DNA from: a virus
Reading direction: 5' to 3' (one strand)
IMG/VR virus record: IMGVR_UViG_3300008259_000347
Coordinates: 1-64,000 of that record
DNA length: 64,000 nucleotides
Shown: piece after piece, positions 57,562 to 64,000 of the stretch
Position numbering within the stretch: position 1 is the stretch's first letter
How the letters are laid out: every line of letters begins with the position of its first letter
Position numbers and translations under genes: made by a program
Notes under the pieces: generated by a model
What the model saw: the letters and a program-made list of their open reading frames with translations, nothing else
What the model was told of the DNA's origin: nothing
The model's database searches: none

Positions 57562-58625
57562 ATATAGACAGCATTAAAAAAATAGAATTAGAAATTACTA
57601 GTAATTGTAATGCTGCCTGTCCTGGTTGTGCTCGTACCCAGAACGCTGATATATTAGAATTAAACAGTTTTGGTTTAGAAGATTTGCGTAGGATGTTTCC
57701 TGCTCAAAATTATATACAGGGTAAAGAGTTTAAATTTTGTGGAGTACTAGGCGATCCTATTGCTAACAAAGAATGTTACGAAATGGTAGAATACATAGTT
57801 GCTAATAACGGGTATGTTCAGATTAGTACTAATGGTGGATTATTACCTTCTAGTTGGTGGAGTAAGTTAGGTACTCTGAGTAAAGAAACTGGATTAGTAG
57901 ATGTAAATTTTTGTGTCGATGGACATAAAGAAACTAATCACATTTATAGAGTTAATACACTGTTTAGTGTTATTGAAAAAAATATGACAGCGTATTCGCA
58001 AGCGCAAGGACAAGCATCGTGGATATATATTGTATTTGATCATAATGAACATGAGTTACAGCTCGCTCAACAACACGCAGAAAATTTAGGATTTAAATTT
58101 GCTACACGAACAGGCATGAGAAATAGCTATCATAATTGGATAGCAGAAATTAGAAAAAAAGATAAAACTAAAGAACAAGTTGTAATAACAACAACAGGTA
58201 ATAAGGAACATAGTAAAAAAGATCTAGTTCAAGATTTAGACAAGTTTATTTCGACTTACAACAGAGGAATGTTTATGATTCCGATAGTTGATAAAAAACA
58301 AGAAATCTTAAATTCAATTACATGTAAGTTAGTACACGAAGGCGAAATTTTTATAGCCAGCAATCAAACTATGTGGCCTTGTTGTTTTTTATGGGATAGT
58401 ATGTTTAAAAATAAAGAAAGTATTATAGAAAAATTAAGCGAGTATTCAGAAGGTTGGAATAGTTTACGTGATCATTCTATTGATGAAGTATTAGCACATC
58501 CTTGGTTTGATCATATATTATCCGAAAGTTGGAATCCAGCACATGCCAAACATTTTATAAGATGTATTAGGACTTGTGCCTACAATAAAGCATATCAAAA
58601 CGAAATAAATTATGTCAACAAATAA
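57558..58625 (+). CDS. Radical SAM protein with C-terminal twitch/SPASM-like cysteines
   Basis: CNAACPGC, CGVLGDP, WPCC and CIRTC; paralogue of the previous gene. Confidence 0.9.
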   Translation: MNIDSIKKIELEITSNCNAACPGCARTQNADILELNSFGLEDLRRMFPAQNYIQGKEFKFCGVLGDPIANKECYEMVEYIVANNGYVQISTNGGLLPSSWWSKLGTLSKETGLVDVNFCVDGHKETNHIYRVNTLFSVIEKNMTAYSQAQGQASWIYIVFDHNEHELQLAQQHAENLGFKFATRTGMRNSYHNWIAEIRKKDKTKEQVVITTTGNKEHSKKDLVQDLDKFISTYNRGMFMIPIVDKKQEILNSITCKLVHEGEIFIASNQTMWPCCFLWDSMFKNKESIIEKLSEYSEGWNSLRDHSIDEVLAHPWFDHILSESWNPAHAKHFIRCIRTCAYNKAYQNEINYVNK

Positions 58626-60018
58626 CCTACCCAGCAAAACATTTTGTCTCCTTCCATGGATACATTTAAGCACACGACCAGATGGCAGTATGAGAGTATG
58701 TTGTACAGCTAATGCTAGTAGTGTAGGTCCTACTAATGATAAACAACATGGAGGAATGGTAGGAGTATTAAAAACAGACGAAGGAAAGCCTAATAATTTA
58801 AATGTTAGTGATTTTCTAAGCAGCTGGAATAGTACCTACATGAAAAATGTAAGATTAAAAATGTTAGCGGGAGAAGAGCCTCCGAGCTGTACTAAATGCT
58901 ATAGAGAAGAAGAAGCCGGCCACAATAGTAAGCGTATGTGGGAAACAGAGTATTGGCGGCAAAGAGTAGATTTAGAACAGTTAGTAGCCGACACTTCAGA
59001 AGATGGTAGCACACCTCCTCAACTTAGTTATATTGATTTACGTTTCGGAACCAAATGTCAGTTAGCCTGTGTAATGTGTAGCCCGCATGATAGCTCTGGA
59101 TGGATTAAAGATTGGCAAGCTATATATCCTCAGATACAGAATACAAGTTTAAAGGAAACTGCACAGTGGTCAAATAAAGGCAGTATTAACGGTAGTAGTT
59201 ATAATTGGCATAAAAATAATCCTACATTTTGGAAACAATTTAATGAACAAATACCGCACATGCAGCAATTATACTTTGCTGGTGGCGAAAGTTTAATTAT
59301 CGAAGAACATTACGAAATATTAGAAGAAGCTATTAGACAAGGCCATGCTAAAAATTTAGAGTTGCGGTATAATAGTAATGGTGTAGAATGGAGAGAAGAT
59401 TTATTTAAATTATGGAAAGAATTTAAACTTGTTCGTTTTCATTATAGTGTAGATAGTATTGGAGAAATGAACAGTTATATTCGTTATCCAAGCGAATGGG
59501 AACGCACACATGAAGTGTTTCATATACTAGATAAAGGAACTCCTCCTAACACAGAGATTACAGTGGCCTGCGCTGTACAAGCATTGAATGTGTATTATTT
59601 GCCAGATTTTCTAAAATGGAAATTGACACAAAATTTTAAAAAGGTTAATATGTGGCCTTTAGGCGCAGGTGGAATAAATTATCATTTTGTATATCATCCT
59701 CCGCATCTGAATGTTAAAGTTCTTCCAAAATGGTTCAAAGAAAAATGTAGACAAAAATACGAAGAATTTTATCCCTGGTGGGAAGCTAATTGGCAAAAAG
59801 GAGTTCCTGAATCAAAGAAGGATTATGTGACATATGACATGTGGCGTGATGCTAGTTACGGAATTAATAGATTAGAAGGTATGTTACAATTTATGGAAAG
59901 TGAAGATTGGAGTGTAAGATTGCCTGAATTAAAAGAGTATATTCAGCTGATTGACAATCAGCGTGGTCTCAATTTTTCCGAGACCTTTCCTGAAATGAAG
60001 GATATTTTTAATGGGTAA
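58612..60018 (+). CDS. Radical SAM protein with N-terminal twitch/SPASM-like domain
   Basis: FCLLPW...RVCC...CTKC, then CQLACVMC, FAGGES and YIRYP. Confidence 0.92.
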   Translation: MSTNNLPSKTFCLLPWIHLSTRPDGSMRVCCTANASSVGPTNDKQHGGMVGVLKTDEGKPNNLNVSDFLSSWNSTYMKNVRLKMLAGEEPPSCTKCYREEEAGHNSKRMWETEYWRQRVDLEQLVADTSEDGSTPPQLSYIDLRFGTKCQLACVMCSPHDSSGWIKDWQAIYPQIQNTSLKETAQWSNKGSINGSSYNWHKNNPTFWKQFNEQIPHMQQLYFAGGESLIIEEHYEILEEAIRQGHAKNLELRYNSNGVEWREDLFKLWKEFKLVRFHYSVDSIGEMNSYIRYPSEWERTHEVFHILDKGTPPNTEITVACAVQALNVYYLPDFLKWKLTQNFKKVNMWPLGAGGINYHFVYHPPHLNVKVLPKWFKEKCRQKYEEFYPWWEANWQKGVPESKKDYVTYDMWRDASYGINRLEGMLQFMESEDWSVRLPELKEYIQLIDNQRGLNFSETFPEMKDIFNG

Positions 60019-61348
60019 AAAGATATCTTGCTGGTATACACTAGGAGGCCTTAATTATAAAAATGGCTTTGTTACTTCATGCCCTCAGCAAAGTGATAAA
60101 CTTCACATAATGGAAGGTACACAAGTTATTAAACCTTCTGAAATTATCAATAGCGAAGGATTTCGTAAACACAGAATGGACATGATGTCTGGTAAATGGA
60201 GTCCTGGATGTCATCTATGTAAGAACGTCGAAGATGCTAATGCTGGCCATAGTATGCGTATGGACTATCCAGCAGACGAATCTTACTACGATGACTTGTC
60301 AGGCATGATAGATTTTAAAGGCTTAAATCATGTAGAGTTTAGATTTAGTAATGCTTGTAACATGGCTTGTTTACATTGTAGCGAAGTTTTTAGCAGTGGA
60401 TGGATGGCTAAACTTAAACACTACGAACCAGATAAAGATGACTGGAACCACAGACTTATACAATTAACTAAGACAATGCATCGTGCTGGATTTAATGATA
60501 CTCTTAGTATCGATATGAGTATCGAGGACATGCACAAAATTGTAGACGATTTAAATGAGAATTTTCCAAATCTTCAAAAGATTGATTTTACCGGTGGCGA
60601 AGTTCTTTATCAAAAACAATTTATACCTTGTTTACAAGCATTAGCTAAACATCCACATGCTGATCAACTTCATATTAGTTTTCATACTAACTTTAATGCC
60701 AAATTTAATCCAGAGGAATTGTCTAAAGCTCTTGAACCTTTCAGATATGTAACTATTATGATGAGTATTGATGCTGGTACAAACATCTATAGTTATTTTA
60801 GAACAGGCGATTGGGATGTTTTAAAGGATAATATCAAACGTTTTAAACTAGCAAATACTCATAAGAATGTAGATTTAAATGTAGTTTGTACAACTAGTGT
60901 CTATCAAATGATGGATATTGAAAATATATTCGCTAGTTTTCTAACATTAGATATTGATTGGATAGATAGTTCTATTGTATATACTCCTGACTATCTAAAT
61001 CCTGCTATCTTAATGTTTGATTACAAGGATCATGTATTACAAGATATTAAAAATACTTATGCTATGATTGACAGAGTAAAACAAGAACGCATGAATAATT
61101 TTGAAGAAAGCCAAAAGATGCGTACTTGGCGCAAGGGTAAACAGATATTTCAAGATATAGAAAGTGCGTATAGAGCACTAAAAGGCGTTGAAGACTACGT
61201 GTTGAATCACAAGCCTCAGTATAAACATTGGGAAGCTTTTATGGTATACATTAGGAAAACAGATCAACTGTGGCAACAGAATTTTAATGACCATTACGAA
61301 AATTATAAATTTGTAGATTATAAAATTCTACGAAAGGAAATGTTATGA
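60011..61348 (+). CDS. Radical SAM protein with N-terminal Fe-S domain
   Basis: SCW...SCP...CHLC, then CNMACLHC and FTGGE. Confidence 0.9.
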   Translation: MGKKISCWYTLGGLNYKNGFVTSCPQQSDKLHIMEGTQVIKPSEIINSEGFRKHRMDMMSGKWSPGCHLCKNVEDANAGHSMRMDYPADESYYDDLSGMIDFKGLNHVEFRFSNACNMACLHCSEVFSSGWMAKLKHYEPDKDDWNHRLIQLTKTMHRAGFNDTLSIDMSIEDMHKIVDDLNENFPNLQKIDFTGGEVLYQKQFIPCLQALAKHPHADQLHISFHTNFNAKFNPEELSKALEPFRYVTIMMSIDAGTNIYSYFRTGDWDVLKDNIKRFKLANTHKNVDLNVVCTTSVYQMMDIENIFASFLTLDIDWIDSSIVYTPDYLNPAILMFDYKDHVLQDIKNTYAMIDRVKQERMNNFEESQKMRTWRKGKQIFQDIESAYRALKGVEDYVLNHKPQYKHWEAFMVYIRKTDQLWQQNFNDHYENYKFVDYKILRKEML

Positions 61349-62202
61349 ATTTTAAAGACAACAACAGTATCTATGATCAATTAGATCCAAGTAGCGGAAT
61401 TCAACTATTTAGATTTAATGGATTAGATATTCCGTTCAATACTTCTTGGAGAAGGATCGGAATAAATCTAAGTGGTGGAGCAGACAGCAGTTGTTTACTA
61501 ACACTACTCTGTAATATTATTACAAGAAATAAATTGAGATGTGTAATACATGTTATTAGTCATGTTCGCTGTTATAATACTAGACCGTGGCAAGGACCAA
61601 TTGCTCAGGATGTTTATGATAAGTTTGTTAAAGATTACTATCCTAGTATACATTTTGTAAGACACACAAATTTTATACCTCCTGAATTGGAATGGGGTGC
61701 TATAGGCCCAATTACTCAAGATGAAGATGGAAGACCCCGCAGCGGCGATCAAATCTGTGTAGGCAGCTTTAATAATTATATTATTCATAAAGAAAAACTA
61801 GATGTAGTTTATAATGCCACTAGTGCCAATCCTCAAGGAAGTGATTGGATAGGTGGAATGAAAAACAGAGAAAAGCCTGCTAGTGAAGGAGTGTTAAAAG
61901 ATCTTATTATGCAAAAAGAAGGTTATACTATTTGTCATCCTTTTAGATTCGTAGATAAGTCTTATATTTTAGCTCAGTATCATTTATTTGACAAACTTGA
62001 TCTTTATAATATGACACGTAGTTGTGAAGGGGATATTAATGATCCTACAATCAAAGAAGTCGTACCTACCTTATATGAGTATGATCCAGTAGAACATACA
62101 GTGGAAACCTTGCCCAAGTGCGGACATTGTTGGTGGTGTAAAGAAAGAGATTGGGCAGAAAGTGTAGTAGAGAAAGCAGTGGAGGAACTAAAAGATGTCT
62201 GA
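61345..62202 (+). CDS. PP-loop adenine-nucleotide alpha-hydrolase (QueC/TtcA-like)
   Basis: LSGGADS PP-loop; C-terminal TRSCE...CGHCWWCKER metal site. Confidence 0.8.
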   Translation: MNFKDNNSIYDQLDPSSGIQLFRFNGLDIPFNTSWRRIGINLSGGADSSCLLTLLCNIITRNKLRCVIHVISHVRCYNTRPWQGPIAQDVYDKFVKDYYPSIHFVRHTNFIPPELEWGAIGPITQDEDGRPRSGDQICVGSFNNYIIHKEKLDVVYNATSANPQGSDWIGGMKNREKPASEGVLKDLIMQKEGYTICHPFRFVDKSYILAQYHLFDKLDLYNMTRSCEGDINDPTIKEVVPTLYEYDPVEHTVETLPKCGHCWWCKERDWAESVVEKAVEELKDV

Positions 62203-63505
62203 TACATATTGTCCTATACCTTGGATATTTCAAGCAGTAAGAGCTAACGGTGACATTCGTGTTTGCTGTCAAGCCAATGTAACAAAAAATCAAGGAGTAA
62301 TAAGAAAGTTGGATGGTACGGCATATAATGCTGGTCGGGATGTGTTAGAAGAAAGCAGAAACGCAGAAATGATGAAAGCTATTCGTCTTAATATGCTTAA
62401 CGGTGTATGGAGCGAAGAGTGTGGTCGTTGTAAAAAAGAAGAAGAAAACGGATTAGTAAGTCGTAGAACTTATGAAAATCAACAGTGGAAATTTACAATA
62501 GACGAAGCAAGATCAAAAACAGCATCAGATGGAACTATTAGTGACGTTCCTGTAATTTATTATGATTTAAGATTTGGAAATTTCTGTAATTTAAAATGTC
62601 GTATGTGCGGCCCAACTGATAGTAGTGCGTGGTATGACGATTGGATTAAACTTACAGGAACAAATAAATTTAAGGATACTTCAGGCGAAGTTTCTATATT
62701 AGAAGATGGCAAAGGGTATTATTCGACAGAATTTGATTGGCCTAATTACGAACCGTTTTGGGATCAATTAGAATCAAATGTTCACAACATTCAGCACGTT
62801 TACTTTGCTGGCGGTGAACCTATGCTCATAGAACGACATTACGACTTTTTGGAAAGATGTATAGAACAAAATGTTGCTAAAAATATAATTATCGAGTATA
62901 ATACTAATATGAGCACCTTGCCTACTCGTGTGACTAAACTATGGGAAAGCTTTAAACAGGTTAGAGTTGGCGCTAGTATAGATGGTATGGGTAGTATGTT
63001 AGAGTATCAAAGATATCCTGCTAAGTGGGAAAAAACTTTGAGAAATCTAGAATATCTAGACAGTATGCCTGCTAACATTATAGCCTGGTTAGCATTTACT
63101 GTGACTGCGTATAATGTTAACCATATGGTTGATTTTATGAAATGGAAATTAGTAAAAAGCGGATTCGCCAAAATTAATAGTACTAATAGGCGTCCTATTA
63201 TTACACATCATGTTGCTCATAATCCTAAGCATTTGAACATCAGAGTATTGCCGCATGAGTATAAACAAGAATTAACAGAAAAATTTTATGATTTCTTAAA
63301 GTGGGTCGAAGAAAACAAGTTCAACAACTATGTTCAAAAACAGGCTCATGAAATTGTAAATGGAGTAGTTAGCTATATGAATAGCGAAAATTATTATGAT
63401 ACACACTGGCAAGAATTTGTAGACTATACTAAAAAGTTAGACATTATACGACATGAAAGTATTTTTTATGTAGAACCAAGATTTAGAGATTTTATTAATG
63501 ACTAA
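62195..63505 (+). CDS. Radical SAM protein with N-terminal twitch/SPASM-like domain
   Basis: YCPIPW...RVCC...CGRC, then CNLKCRMC, FAGGEP and YQRYP. Confidence 0.92.
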   Translation: MSDTYCPIPWIFQAVRANGDIRVCCQANVTKNQGVIRKLDGTAYNAGRDVLEESRNAEMMKAIRLNMLNGVWSEECGRCKKEEENGLVSRRTYENQQWKFTIDEARSKTASDGTISDVPVIYYDLRFGNFCNLKCRMCGPTDSSAWYDDWIKLTGTNKFKDTSGEVSILEDGKGYYSTEFDWPNYEPFWDQLESNVHNIQHVYFAGGEPMLIERHYDFLERCIEQNVAKNIIIEYNTNMSTLPTRVTKLWESFKQVRVGASIDGMGSMLEYQRYPAKWEKTLRNLEYLDSMPANIIAWLAFTVTAYNVNHMVDFMKWKLVKSGFAKINSTNRRPIITHHVAHNPKHLNIRVLPHEYKQELTEKFYDFLKWVEENKFNNYVQKQAHEIVNGVVSYMNSENYYDTHWQEFVDYTKKLDIIRHESIFYVEPRFRDFIND

Positions 63506-64000
63506 GTTAGGAACTGTGGGTTTTGAAAGATATAATATCAAAACTTTTCCAGAGAATCATTATTTTATTAAATTACAAGAATGGATAGACCAAAATATTG
63601 AGGCTAATAAATTTTTCAATTATATTATAGTTAACGGTATTCCTATACATTTTGATTATAGATACAAATCTGTAGGTATATGTTTTAGTGGAGGCGCAGA
63701 CAGTACGATGTTATTGTATCTATTGGCTACAATAATAAAAAAATTTAATTTTCAGATTAAAATTTATCCTATATCGGTAACAAGATTTTATCACTTAGAC
63801 GATTTTAGTGATACATCTAGAAATAAAATTCTTGATTATTTAAAGGAAATTTTTCCTAATATAATAGAATCTACTATACAAGGATTTTTACCTTCTATAT
63901 TTGAAAAAATTTCTATTAAAAGTTTGCAATTGGATGATACTATTTCTTCTCATATAGAATATTTAATAGATAACAATGCTACTACAGATGTAGTATATTT
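63498..64000 (+). CDS. Second PP-loop (QueC-like) protein, runs off the window edge
   Basis: Not in the ORF track. ATG at 63498 reads MTKLGTVGFERY...VGICFSGGADSTMLLYLL and stays open to the end. Confidence 0.8.
   Translation, partial: MTKLGTVGFERYNIKTFPENHYFIKLQEWIDQNIEANKFFNYIIVNGIPIHFDYRYKSVGICFSGGADSTMLLYLLATIIKKFNFQIKIYPISVTRFYHLDDFSDTSRNKILDYLKEIFPNIIESTIQGFLPSIFEKISIKSLQLDDTISSHIEYLIDNNATTDVVY

Noticed and set aside
4581-62293. Other short antisense or out-of-frame ORFs in the track (for example 5863, 8947, 13552, 14859, 19071, 43734, 47615, 61504)
   Set aside because: They lie within well-supported genes and have no RBS or recognisable motifs.
61345-64000. Calling the PP-loop genes queC and the cluster a 7-deazaguanine DNA-modification system
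   Set aside because: No folE, queD or dpdA homologue is visible, and the radical SAM proteins are larger twitch-type enzymes rather than QueE-like.
1-64000. Stop-codon reassignment as an explanation for the split genes
   Set aside because: The breaks are frame changes, not in-frame stops, and long genes translate cleanly in the standard code.

Overview
A 64-kb AT-rich segment of a large T4-superfamily-like (probably jumbo) myophage genome, read in the standard genetic code. The left arm (minus strand) carries head genes (partial gp22-like scaffold, gp21 protease, an acidic core protein, gp20 portal) and a probable tape-measure protein. A divergent gp26/gp51-like pair appears to be joined by a -1 slippery site. 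Next comes a sigma70-driven operon: gp55-like late sigma, gp47, gp46, an Hc1-like protein and a GIY-YIG nuclease. From 14.9 to 50.5 kb (plus strand) lies a baseplate and fibre module, including a ~5,100-codon wedge gene. From 50.6 kb to the end is a block of glycosyltransferase-like, methyltransferase-like, five radical-SAM and two PP-loop genes. The best novelty candidates are: (1) a ~350-430 nt GC-rich, pseudoknotted, minus-strand structured RNA directly behind the GIY-YIG gene, ending in GNA-triloop DNA hairpins; (2) a bipartite late-promoter motif TACGCA-N15-TAAATA found three times, together with a gp55 carrying a ~100-aa insertion; (3) the radical-SAM/PP-loop/glycosyltransferase cluster. 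Five frame-breaking lesions (two exact tandem duplications, three junctions) are most likely assembly errors. All homology calls come from motif recognition by eye, not from database searches.
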